From positions 12,257 through 76,256 of the forward strand of contig JAGOSP010000002.1 in the NCBI GenBank assembly GCA_018062205.1: a DNA stretch of 64,000 bases. Direction: 5' to 3'. Position numbers and translations under genes: made by a program. The DNA comes from Candidatus Moraniibacteriota bacterium. Lineage in GTDB: Bacteria > Patescibacteriota > Minisyncoccia > Moranbacterales > UBA1568. Below, piece by piece: positions 36,354 to 45,734 of the stretch; the stretch's first letter is position 1, and every line of letters starts with the position of its first letter. Under the pieces are notes generated by a model, which saw nothing but the letters and a program-made list of their open reading frames with translations, did no database searches and was not told the origin of the DNA.

Positions 36354-37406
36354 TTACAAAATAAGCATACTGTCACCAAAAGAATAAAACGCAAACTTGT
36401 TTTCGATTGCTACGCGGTAAAGAGACATGATATCACGTGAAGCTCCCTTATCCCTTAAAAATGCATCCACTAAAAGCATTAACGATGTTTTTGGGAGATG
36501 AAAATTAGTCACCAATCTTTCTGCACCTTGAAAATGATGCGGTGGAAAAATAAAAATATCAGTCGGTCCCGTATACGAAAAAAAATGTCCGTTTTTCTGA
36601 ACCGACTCCAGAGTACGAAGTGCAGTCGTCCCAATCGCAGTGATGGAACTTTTTTCTTCTCGCGCCTTGTTTAGCTGATCAACAACAGCGCCTGAAACAG
36701 AAACATATTCTGTATGGAGCGATTTCCTTGTAAAATTTGATTCTGCGAGTGGCGAAAAAGTTCCTCGCCCAACATTCAAAGTCACGGAAAGCGGTTGAAT
36801 GTTTTTCTGTACAAGCGAAGTAAAAACGTTCTCGGTAAAGTGGAGACCCGCCGTCGGAGCCGCTACCGATGCACCAGAACTCGCAAATACGGTTTGATAG
36901 CGCTCCCTCAGATTTTTTTCTGTCATCTCGGCTCCCTCAAGGTAATGTGGGAGCGGCGTCTGCCCATATTGCTCCAAAATTTGAACAAGGGAAATCTCAC
37001 TCTTACCTACGAAACGAACAAAAAAAACTTGCTCCTCTTGTCCTATTACTTCAAAATATTCCCCCGTTGAAAAAAAGAGCTTTTGTCCGATCGTCACTTT
37101 TCGATCCACTAACACTGGGATGTACTCGTCCATCCTTTGTTGATCCACCAAAACAAATACCTCAATTTTTCCACCAGTTTCCTTGGTGAGCCACAAACGA
37201 ACCGGGAGGACTCGAGTATTATTTAAAACAACCAGCGATTGTGCAGGAAGATACTGGGCAATATTACGGAAAATATCCAGAGTAATTGTGTCGGTTTTTG
37301 TGTCATACACAAACAGACGGGCGCTATCTCGTGGCTCAACCCCCTGCTTTCGGATGAGTTCCGATGGAAGCTCATAATCATACTGATTTATATCGGAAAA
37401 CTGCAT
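36354..37406 (-). CDS. queA: S-adenosylmethionine:tRNA ribosyltransferase-isomerase
   Basis: 350 aa. N-terminal FSDINQYDYELPSELIRKQGVEPRDSARLFVYD matches the QueA start. Central TAGLHFT motif. Confidence 0.8.
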   Translation of the reverse strand: MQFSDINQYDYELPSELIRKQGVEPRDSARLFVYDTKTDTITLDIFRNIAQYLPAQSLVVLNNTRVLPVRLWLTKETGGKIEVFVLVDQQRMDEYIPVLVDRKVTIGQKLFFSTGEYFEVIGQEEQVFFVRFVGKSEISLVQILEQYGQTPLPHYLEGAEMTEKNLRERYQTVFASSGASVAAPTAGLHFTENVFTSLVQKNIQPLSVTLNVGRGTFSPLAESNFTRKSLHTEYVSVSGAVVDQLNKAREEKSSITAIGTTALRTLESVQKNGHFFSYTGPTDIFIFPPHHFQGAERLVTNFHLPKTSLMLLVDAFLRDKGASRDIMSLYRVAIENKFAFYSFGDSMLIL

Positions 37407-37547
37407 AAAAAATAAACTAATAATAGAATCTTATATTTTATAGTACCTGAGAGTAATCTCTCAATCAACTTACAAAAAAAACGCCCAAGGATTTTTCCCC
37501 AGACGCATAGCATGATTAATGAAAGAGTTTTTTTCTCTGCTTGCCAG

Positions 37548-37769
37548 TCAGAGGATACTCGTTGGATCCAAGAAAACCGCAAAGACGATATGCGGATCAA
37601 CATCACCAGATGCCATCGCGCTTACAAGATGCTGAATCGCGACCGCCTCAACTCGAGGACCTCCGCATGTTCCGCTGGCTACCGATCTAGCCACCAAGAC
37701 ATACACGCGCAAATGGACATACCGACTCCCATCTGCCACTGGGGTGATGTGCGTAACAGGATATAGCAT
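37548..37769 (-). other. GC-rich island with candidate 73-aa ORF (RBS-supported) or structured RNA
   Basis: An approximately 230-bp segment, markedly more GC-rich than its flanks, is open in frames on both strands. The minus-strand ORF (MLYPVTHITPVADGSRY...) is preceded by AAGGAG 10 nt upstream. No known ncRNA signature found. Confidence 0.2.
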
Positions 37770-37825
37770 CTATCTCTTTCTCCTTATAAAAAGAACTGTC
37801 TATTTTACTCCGAGGAAATAAAATA

Positions 37826-37848
37826 ACGACTATATTGCGAGTCGTTAA
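37826..37848 (-). terminator. Intrinsic terminator downstream of murJ
   Basis: Hairpin AACGACT-atattgcg-AGTCGTT. On the minus strand it is followed by ATTTTATTTCC. Confidence 0.45.
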
Positions 37849-37922
37849 GTTTCTAACATTATACAGGAAAAGATACTCATTGTCAAACGGACAAAACGCA
37901 AACAATTTCTCCTGCAAAAAAA

Positions 37923-39584
37923 TCACCACTCTCCCTTCTCTGGGTGGTCTTCCGAGGAGGCAAGCGCTTCAGGCTGACGGAGAATTCGACACCAAATAAA
38001 ACGTCGTAATACATGTAATTCTTCCACCCGAAGCCAGACGCACAAAAATATGTATGCCGTTCCTCCAATAGAAAGTCCAAAAAACAACTGGAGGAGCACC
38101 TTAAAAAAGGTGTCCAGCTCGCTCACCGTCAAAGCGAATACATATTTTGATATCTGCGCCAATAAACCAGCAAGAACAGCTGCTAGCACAATTTTAAGAG
38201 TAGGGATAAGTATCTTTGCATCATTCCAATATGACAGCCTTCGTTTCAACGCAAGGTACAAGAAAGAAAAATTTATAATAGTCACAAACGAAAACACCAA
38301 TGCGAGCGCCTCAATAGAAAAATACGACGACTGTTTCAATGCTAGAAGCAATCCGATATGAAAAATCTCAGCGCCACAGGCGATAAAAAGCGGTGTCTTT
38401 GTATCCTGAAGAGCGAAAAAACCACGGGTAAAAAGAGGAATGAGACTCTGTGCGAAAAGACTCATTGAAAGCAAAGCCAGAATATTAAACGTCACAATCG
38501 TATCCTCCCAATTAAACTGTCCACTTCCCAAAATCACACGCACAAATTGTGCTCGAAAGACAATCATAAATGCAGAAAGAGGGAGGACAAAAAACAGAAT
38601 CCGCCTCGTTGTATCTGCTAGTAGAGTAAAAAAGATTTTTTCCTTCTGTTCAGATACCGAGAGAGAAAGCGATGGGAAAACAGCCACTGAAAACGCAACT
38701 CCAAAAATCCCCAATGCAAAACTCTGAATATTATTCGCGAGGGTGAAAGCGGTGAGACTCCCCGAAACCAAAAGCGAAGCAAATCCCGTCATCACCAATA
38801 ATCCTATCTGATTGACACCCATGCTCAAAGAACGAGGAATCATCAATCGTACTACTCGCCTGAGTGCCGGATTTCGTAATGATCGCCATGGGTGGAAACG
38901 GAGGTGCCATCCAGCTGTAGAAAAAGCTGGCCACTGTGTCACCATGTGCAAGATAGAACCGATTACAACCCCCCAACCCAAACCATGCACTCCAAGAAAT
39001 GGGACAAGAACGAGAATACCAAACAAAATTCCCACATTATAAAAAAATGGCGAGAGAGAATACGCAATAAAACACCGAAATGACATGAGTACGCCACTTA
39101 ATACCGCACTCACTGAAAGGAAAATCGGCGAGAGAAGCATAATTCGGGTCAGAGAAATCGTCAATTCACGTTTTTCTCCAGAAAAACCAGGAGCAACAAG
39201 AGAAACCACCAAATCAGCGAATATCATCCCAAGTAAACAAAAAACTCCGAGCACTATAATGAAAAGTCCGAGCACATCCGATGCCAGTGTCCATGCTTCC
39301 GTTTCTTTTTTCTGTGACCGTAGTTCCGTGAATACTGGAAGAAATGCCGCTGTGATAGCACCAAGGACAATCAGGCTGTAAAAAAGATCTGGCAAACGAA
39401 AAGCCGCGTAATAAGCATCCAGCTTATCACCAGCGCCAAACTGCGCAGCCAAAAGACGATCTCGTAAAAATCCAAGAAAACGACTTGCGATTCCCGCAAG
39501 AGAAACAATGAAAGCTGCCATACCAACAGTCTGCATTGTTTTTGATTCTAAATTCCGCCACAACTGCATTATCTTCATCATCAC
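37923..39584 (-). CDS. murJ: Lipid II flippase MurJ (MviN)
   Basis: 553 aa with 14 predicted TM. The N-terminus after MQTVGMAAF (SRFLGFLRDRLLAAQFGAGDKLDAYYAAFRLPDLF) is the canonical MurJ signature. The true start may be an internal Met. Confidence 0.85.
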   Translation of the reverse strand: MMMKIMQLWRNLESKTMQTVGMAAFIVSLAGIASRFLGFLRDRLLAAQFGAGDKLDAYYAAFRLPDLFYSLIVLGAITAAFLPVFTELRSQKKETEAWTLASDVLGLFIIVLGVFCLLGMIFADLVVSLVAPGFSGEKRELTISLTRIMLLSPIFLSVSAVLSGVLMSFRCFIAYSLSPFFYNVGILFGILVLVPFLGVHGLGWGVVIGSILHMVTQWPAFSTAGWHLRFHPWRSLRNPALRRVVRLMIPRSLSMGVNQIGLLVMTGFASLLVSGSLTAFTLANNIQSFALGIFGVAFSVAVFPSLSLSVSEQKEKIFFTLLADTTRRILFFVLPLSAFMIVFRAQFVRVILGSGQFNWEDTIVTFNILALLSMSLFAQSLIPLFTRGFFALQDTKTPLFIACGAEIFHIGLLLALKQSSYFSIEALALVFSFVTIINFSFLYLALKRRLSYWNDAKILIPTLKIVLAAVLAGLLAQISKYVFALTVSELDTFFKVLLQLFFGLSIGGTAYIFLCVWLRVEELHVLRRFIWCRILRQPEALASSEDHPEKGEW

Positions 39585-39624
39585 AAAAAAAATATATTCT
39601 TACTTACCAATTTTTTGGAAACCA

Positions 39625-41775
39625 CTATTTTTCATAGGTAAATGCTGTTCCAAGAAACTGATCCGTTTTCAGGGCGCCATCAAATAATATCCTCCGTCCA
39701 TACGGTACCAAATCTCCACCAGTCTGCCAAACACTTTGCCATCTTTCAGGATAAGCAATCTCGGACTTGAGCTTACTTCCAATGGTTCCTGACTGTTTTT
39801 GATAAAGAATAGAAAAACGCTCTGCTCCTCCTCGACGGAGATTCTCCATATCAAAACTCCATGGCAATCGATAGGTCAATTCCACATTAACACTCTCTCC
39901 TGGACTCACATATACCCATGCTCCAAATACTGTTTTTCCGTTTTCTTCTCCTATTCGCGTGCCGCTCCCTTCATGAATACGTTCGTTCCTTTCCAAAGAT
40001 TCTACAAAAGGGTCTCTTCGAAAATTAAGCGTGTCATAGTCGAGAGGTGGTTCGGGAAATTCCCAGGTAGTTCCTTTAATCGATACAAGCTCCGAACCAA
40101 GAGGGACATATACCCGTAAATAATCAGCATTCACTTTATTCCACCACTCGTATGGAGTTTGTCCGCCAGTATGCCGACGCACAATGACTAGAGTATCGGT
40201 GATTGAACCATCATTTGCAATATCTGCCCGATGAGAAAGAGATTCCTCAATAACTCCATCTGTTTTATATCCATTAATATTACTATGCACAACACTCACA
40301 AAATCCTTTTCGGTACTTAAAAGTTTTCCCGACCAACCAGAATGATCAATTAAATCTTCGGTCGCAGGATGCCTCGCGTACAGAAGAATATGTTTCTCAT
40401 TTAGACCCTGAACAAGAACTTCTGCTATTTGTATTAGCTCTCGATAGTCGTGCATCTTTGCTATACGACTAAATACTTCTAAGGAAAGATCGGAAAGAAT
40501 TTTTTTCGGATTATTTTCTTCCTTATCATATTTTTCTTCTACTTGTTCTTGAACTATTTGAATAAAATTTTCTGAATCAATCGTGACGCCATAAACTGGC
40601 AAATCAATAGGGCCAAGCACAGAAAGAAGTCGTTCCATGACAGTTGGAGTCACAGTGACTACCCCGTCCACAGTTGGCCCGCCAGTTTTCTCATAAAATG
40701 AAATTGCTTTCTCAGCAGAAGTTGGAAAATCTGGATACCAATTGCTGTCGTGAAGGCTCCAACCGGCACTAATTTTCTGTATTGGTTTTGGTGGAACAAT
40801 ATTTTCTTTGAGTTGTCCATCTGGATTAAAAATACCATCAATAAAAAATTTTTCTAGAGCTCCATCGTGCACACTCAAAAGAGCATAACTCCCAATAAAT
40901 CCACCAGTTGCACGCAGCTCGTGATTATTTTGAAAAAGAAAAAGGTACTTCCGTGGACCATTTCCCCCAAGAAGCTCTACCAAAATTCTTTCGCGCTCAT
41001 GAAAAGCCTTCAGGGCTGCTAGGGCTGCCGGAAATATTTCTCGTGCCTCAAGAAATTTTTCACGACGCTCACTCGGAATATCAAGAATATTCACCCGATC
41101 TAATAAAATCCTCGCTTGTTCCAATTCGGTAGTCGAATAGACCAATGGCTCCTGCGCCATTTCTAGCATCTCAATCAATGAGAGTGCTCTTTGTTGTTCC
41201 TGAACATTGGCTGGCATTACTCGTCCTGCTAATACTGACAATTGAGAACCCGCCCGAGAAATATAACCCAAAGCGAGTACCGCATTGCGTCCCGACGCTG
41301 GCTTCGAAAAACCTGGAATGAAACGAACAGTATCCAAAACACGCCCTGGAAATACAGCTAACGCTCGATCGGCAATATAAAATTGCTGATTCGCTTTTTC
41401 AAATTCAGCATGAGCGCTCTCAAAATTCTTCTTCTGAAAATAGTGCGTGGCCTCTACGATATGTATATATCCCTCATTACCTGCCTCCACTGCCTTTACA
41501 GTGTTCCACCACGCTAAAACCATATACGACAAGAGAAGACATCCTACGAGGGAAGCGACTCTCCATGTTTTCCATTTTTTTCCCTTTTGAGTTGCTCGAG
41601 AATGAACGCGGGAAGTCGCAGGTGGTTTCTGATACGTTTTTTGATTGAGAGAAGAATGAGAAGGAGCGACAACTTTCGAATTTGATAATGACAAAACGCC
41701 AAGAGACTCCCTATTCGAGACCTCTTTTCTCGATGGAACTGCTGGTGTCTGTAATTTTTTACGAATGCTATCCAT
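39625..41775 (-). CDS. DUF4012-like membrane-anchored extracytoplasmic protein
   Basis: 716 aa. Basic/Ser-rich cytoplasmic N-terminus, single TM (VASLVGCLLLSYMVLAWW), large outside domain. Architecture and size resemble DUF4012 proteins found beside cell-wall/glycan genes. Assigned from memory, not a search. Confidence 0.4.
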   Translation of the reverse strand: MDSIRKKLQTPAVPSRKEVSNRESLGVLSLSNSKVVAPSHSSLNQKTYQKPPATSRVHSRATQKGKKWKTWRVASLVGCLLLSYMVLAWWNTVKAVEAGNEGYIHIVEATHYFQKKNFESAHAEFEKANQQFYIADRALAVFPGRVLDTVRFIPGFSKPASGRNAVLALGYISRAGSQLSVLAGRVMPANVQEQQRALSLIEMLEMAQEPLVYSTTELEQARILLDRVNILDIPSERREKFLEAREIFPAALAALKAFHERERILVELLGGNGPRKYLFLFQNNHELRATGGFIGSYALLSVHDGALEKFFIDGIFNPDGQLKENIVPPKPIQKISAGWSLHDSNWYPDFPTSAEKAISFYEKTGGPTVDGVVTVTPTVMERLLSVLGPIDLPVYGVTIDSENFIQIVQEQVEEKYDKEENNPKKILSDLSLEVFSRIAKMHDYRELIQIAEVLVQGLNEKHILLYARHPATEDLIDHSGWSGKLLSTEKDFVSVVHSNINGYKTDGVIEESLSHRADIANDGSITDTLVIVRRHTGGQTPYEWWNKVNADYLRVYVPLGSELVSIKGTTWEFPEPPLDYDTLNFRRDPFVESLERNERIHEGSGTRIGEENGKTVFGAWVYVSPGESVNVELTYRLPWSFDMENLRRGGAERFSILYQKQSGTIGSKLKSEIAYPERWQSVWQTGGDLVPYGRRILFDGALKTDQFLGTAFTYEK

Positions 41776-41870
41776 AGCGTATTCTCCAGGAAAAAATAGA
41801 TTCTTTACAAGATATCCCTCACATCTCTCTGGATAAATATTTCGTTCGTATTATTACGATTAGCGGTTGG

Positions 41871-43022
41871 TCATCGTGATACGCGATAAATTTTGATTGT
41901 CCGCTTCGCCATACTAGACCATCGAAATAAGCGAATTCTTTGATATCCCTTTCTCTGTAATAACGCCGAGACTGAAGACTGCTCTGCCACCGATTGAATA
42001 CAAGATGCAAATTGTTCAGAATTTTCTGGGTCAAAATACAGCGCTGCATTCCCAAGCACTTCCGGAAGAGAGCCTCTATTTGATGAAATTACCGGTAAAC
42101 CATAACTCATTGCCTCAAGTGGCGGAAGACCGAATCCTTCGTAGAGAGATGGGAAAACATACGCCGTCCCATATCGATACAGTACCGAAATTTCTCCGTC
42201 CGAAAGAAACCCTGTGAAACAAAGATTTTTGAGGAAGAAACGTTGTTTCAAGCGGGTATAAAAATAATCTTCTCGACCAACCAAAATAAATTGATATTCT
42301 GGAAAACGCATCGCCATATCCACAATAAGTTCTAAATTTTTATGCGGATATGCATTCCCAACATACAAGAAATACGGTTGTATTATATCATGGCTTAACA
42401 TTTGCTTCTGACTCTTTCTCGAGAAAGCGGTGAGTCCGAAACGACTTAAAACAGAATAAGCTTCTTCATTATCAATAAAAAAGCAAGAATGGCTCACGCC
42501 CTCAAGTGTCACACATAGCTTCCCGGAAAGAAATGGAAATTCATTTAATAAATCAGATTCTGTGAATCGAGAAACAGTAATAACTCTACGCGCTCGAAAA
42601 CATGCCACACGAATAACCATGCGGTATACCAAAAACTTCATCCAATACCAAATCGTCAGGCGTGTCGTATTGCGTACCGTTGGGTAACGCAACAAAATAA
42701 GATCATGAATCGTTACAACAAAACGACCCAGATAGAAAATCGGCACGTTAAAATGTGGGAAATGAACTAGATCAAGCTGCTCTCGCCAAAGCTGCCAGGG
42801 AAACAAGAACTGTTCAGCAAATCCGTACCAAGCATAGTCTGCTCTCACTTTCGTAAAGCGTTTTGAGTATGGTTGATATTCGTCAAAATTTTCTCGCCGC
42901 AAAAATATGACGTATTCGTTTTTTTCATCCTCTCTCTCCAAAGCCTCAATAAGCCGCTCGGTATACCGACCAAGTCCTTTTCCCGACGACCCATAAAAAC
43001 GTGCATCAATGCCGATTCGCAT
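41871..43022 (-). CDS. Glycosyltransferase family 4
   Basis: Start at MRIGIDARFYGSSGKG. EGFGLPPLEAMSYGLPVISS motif. Confidence 0.8.
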   Translation of the reverse strand: MRIGIDARFYGSSGKGLGRYTERLIEALEREDEKNEYVIFLRRENFDEYQPYSKRFTKVRADYAWYGFAEQFLFPWQLWREQLDLVHFPHFNVPIFYLGRFVVTIHDLILLRYPTVRNTTRLTIWYWMKFLVYRMVIRVACFRARRVITVSRFTESDLLNEFPFLSGKLCVTLEGVSHSCFFIDNEEAYSVLSRFGLTAFSRKSQKQMLSHDIIQPYFLYVGNAYPHKNLELIVDMAMRFPEYQFILVGREDYFYTRLKQRFFLKNLCFTGFLSDGEISVLYRYGTAYVFPSLYEGFGLPPLEAMSYGLPVISSNRGSLPEVLGNAALYFDPENSEQFASCIQSVAEQSSVSALLQRKGYQRIRLFRWSSMAKRTIKIYRVSR

Positions 43023-43716
43023 AGCAGGTAGCGTAAGGATTCTGACAAGATAGCGTATAAAAAGTGAGCGCCGATGCTGCCAACATCTTAAAAATTTCCG
43101 CATCATCAAAATGGTTCACCTGTTTTGGAATAACAAGAAAAGCCACAACTCCGTCAGAAAGGCGTGGTGACCGAACAACATAGCACCCTTCACATTCAAA
43201 AAAAAGCTTTTTTTGAGCGAGTATCGTTTCTGGAACAAGATCAATATAATGTTCATTTCCACGCGTACCTTCTTCATAATGATCCAGAAGTATCTGCTCC
43301 TGAACATCCACGAAACGCAAAGAGCCCGCATCGACTCGCGCGAGCTCTAAGGCTGTTTGCAAAATCTTCCGATACCACAAATCGCAATATCGACTATCAT
43401 TCGCTGTTCGTACGGAAAGATCAAAAAGCATTTCCTTTACAATCTCCTGCTTTCGATTCATGGCACCGATATATGAGTACGATTCAGAGAGATCGCGCTG
43501 TATATTGTGCGTTGTCTTCTGCAATGAAAGTCGCTCTCTCAGCAGCTGAAACAGAGCTTTTTCTTTTGCAAAGTACACAAAAAAACCAGCTATCCCCAGC
43601 AACAGAATAATCAGAGCCTCTAATTCCTCTTCCGGCAACACAAAATGCCCCTGAGTAATTAGGAGCGGGGTTAATACTGCCAAAATAAGAAAAATAAGAT
43701 AAATCCAATATGTCAT
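43006..43716 (-). CDS. Membrane-anchored hypothetical protein (2 TM N-terminus plus ~170-aa cytoplasmic domain)
   Basis: 236-aa ORF overlapping the start of the downstream GT4 by 17 nt (translational coupling). Confidence 0.35.
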   Translation of the reverse strand: MTYWIYLIFLILAVLTPLLITQGHFVLPEEELEALIILLLGIAGFFVYFAKEKALFQLLRERLSLQKTTHNIQRDLSESYSYIGAMNRKQEIVKEMLFDLSVRTANDSRYCDLWYRKILQTALELARVDAGSLRFVDVQEQILLDHYEEGTRGNEHYIDLVPETILAQKKLFFECEGCYVVRSPRLSDGVVAFLVIPKQVNHFDDAEIFKMLAASALTFYTLSCQNPYATCYANRH

Positions 43717-43813
43717 AAACAGCGTCTTTGAAATTCATGCTACCGACTTACCGTATGCTCGTTCCTTTTTATACTTCCCTTCAATTCAAACTACGCCTCA
43801 TACTGGTTGAGTC

Positions 43814-44704
43814 CTACTGTACACGAAGACTTTCTATATACCGCTTTAGCTTTTCACCCACTTCTGGATGCTTTAAACCAAAATGGATAGTCGTTTTCAA
43901 AAAATTAAATTTATCCCCGGTATCAAGCCACTCACCCTCAAGCATACGACCATAAATCGGTCTGTTTTGTTGTAAGAGAATATCAAACGCATCTGCTAGG
44001 CGAATCTCGCCAGACTTTCCGCTCTCCATAGTTCCCAAAACTTCAAACACCTCTCGAGTAATAATATATTTTCCGACAGCTACGGCGGTAGAAGGCGCCT
44101 CTTCTGGACTTGGTTTTTCAACAATCCCCTTCACTCGAATATTCCCACTATCCACCACTTCTCCGTCAATCACTCCGAACTTTGATACTTCTGAACGCTC
44201 AACTTCCGAAAGCCCGATAATAGGTGCGTGGAACCGTTCATATGTCTCAATAAGCTGTTGTGCCGCTGGGACCACTGAATCATAAATGCAATCACCAAAA
44301 ATAATCAGCACTGCTTCATCATCATCCACGAGATGTGCTGCCTGCAAAAGAGCATGCCCATCACCAAGCGGAATTGGCTGACGAACATACGAGAACTTTG
44401 CTAAGGTCGAAATTTTTCTCACGACCGAAAGGAGATCTTGTTTGTTTTTCTCAACCAATGTTTCTTCAAGCTCATACGACACATCAAAATGATCCTCGAT
44501 TGCTCGCTTCCCTCGCCCAGTCACAAAAATAATTTCTTCGATACCAGAAGCAACTGCCTCTTCAACAAGATATTGTACTACTGGTTTATCCACGATAGGC
44601 AACATCTCTTTGGGCTGCGCCTTAGTAGCTGGCAAAAATCGCGTTCCAAACCCAGCGACTGGAATAATAGCTTTCTTGATTTTCCAATGTTTTCCTTCTG
44701 ACAT
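43814..44704 (-). CDS. galU: UTP--glucose-1-phosphate uridylyltransferase
   Basis: 296 aa. N-terminal KKAIIPVAGFGTRFLPATKAQPKEMLPIVDKP is the GalU signature. Confidence 0.85.
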   Translation of the reverse strand: MSEGKHWKIKKAIIPVAGFGTRFLPATKAQPKEMLPIVDKPVVQYLVEEAVASGIEEIIFVTGRGKRAIEDHFDVSYELEETLVEKNKQDLLSVVRKISTLAKFSYVRQPIPLGDGHALLQAAHLVDDDEAVLIIFGDCIYDSVVPAAQQLIETYERFHAPIIGLSEVERSEVSKFGVIDGEVVDSGNIRVKGIVEKPSPEEAPSTAVAVGKYIITREVFEVLGTMESGKSGEIRLADAFDILLQQNRPIYGRMLEGEWLDTGDKFNFLKTTIHFGLKHPEVGEKLKRYIESLRVQ

Positions 44705-44813
44705 AGTATATATTTAAAAATAGAACTCCTGTTCTTGTTTTAGTTATTCGTTTATCTCTTGTGCCTCTTCTTTTTCGGTCTTATTTCCAACCCGCGTATA
44801 AAAACAAACAAAT

Positions 44814-45611
44814 CTATTCCTTCGCAAGAGAAACAAGTTTTTTAAATTCCACATTAAATTCTTGAATTGCCTCGTTCATAATCGGGTGAAATTTTTCTGA
44901 CAACCGCTGCTCTTTCGCATAGAGACTCGCCGCAAGCAATGCCTCATGTGTACCCGTATCAAACCAGGCGCCAGATATCGGACGAACATCCAAGCTGCCC
45001 TTCATAAGATACTGTTTGTGAATATCCACAATTTCTAATTCCCCACGTTCTGATGGCAAAAGATGCTTCGCTATTTCTGAAACACTCCCATCGAAAATAT
45101 AGGCCCCCGGAATTGCAAAACGGCTTTTTGGTTGAGACGGCTTTTCCTCCAGCGAAAGAACTTTTCCTTCGGCATCAAATTCCACCACCCCGAATCGCTC
45201 TGGGTCTGCCACTTCTTTTGCAAAAATCCGTCCGCCAGATTGAAAAGATTGTATCGCCTCTGAAAAATCATCTTCAAAAATATTGTCACCCAATACCAGC
45301 GTCACTGGACCACCATCAAGAAAATCTTCTCCAAGAATAAAGGCCTCCGGCAAGCCAGCCGGTCGCTTCTGCACGACGAAAGAAATTCGTATATCATACT
45401 TCCGAAACATCGACCCCAGTAAATTCAAATAGTCACCCGAATTCGCCGGAGAAACAACAAGGAGTATATCTCGAATACCAGCGCAAATGAGCGTATTGAG
45501 CGGATAAAACACCATCGGCCGATCATAGACCGGCAAAAGTTGCTTTGAAGTAACCGCTGTAAGAGGGAGAAGGCGAGTCCCTGTCCCACCAGCAAGAATA
45601 ATACCTTTCAT
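44814..45611 (-). CDS. Sugar-phosphate nucleotidyltransferase, RmlA-like (glucose-1-phosphate thymidylyltransferase family, short form)
   Basis: 265 aa. MKGIILAGGTGTRLLPLTAVTSKQLLPVYDRPMVFYPL matches the RmlA/GlmU-type NTP-transferase N-terminus. It is shorter than classical RmlA (~290 aa). Confidence 0.7.
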   Translation of the reverse strand: MKGIILAGGTGTRLLPLTAVTSKQLLPVYDRPMVFYPLNTLICAGIRDILLVVSPANSGDYLNLLGSMFRKYDIRISFVVQKRPAGLPEAFILGEDFLDGGPVTLVLGDNIFEDDFSEAIQSFQSGGRIFAKEVADPERFGVVEFDAEGKVLSLEEKPSQPKSRFAIPGAYIFDGSVSEIAKHLLPSERGELEIVDIHKQYLMKGSLDVRPISGAWFDTGTHEALLAASLYAKEQRLSEKFHPIMNEAIQEFNVEFKKLVSLAKE

Positions 45612-45734
45612 AGAAAAAATTTCATTTTTTTACTCAATCTGCACCGCTATTTTCCCGAACTTTCTGTTAAAATGAACAGTGTGAGAAAAATTGTATCCAC
45701 CGATATACTATTTATAAATAAATCGAATTATATA

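Noticed and set aside
37512-37766. 84-aa plus-strand ORF in GC-rich island
   Set aside because: It has no RBS and starts inside the GC-rich block. The opposite-strand ORF has an AAGGAG. Both may be artefacts of stop-codon depletion in GC-rich DNA. The region is kept only as a finding.
37500-37775. tmRNA / RNase P RNA / SRP RNA in the GC-rich island
   Set aside because: None of the conserved motifs are present on either strand. Absent are GGAAAGTCCGGGC (RNase P P4), the tRNA-like 3' end with TTCGA and CCA-adjacent acceptor (tmRNA), and GGAAGCAGCC (SRP helix 8).
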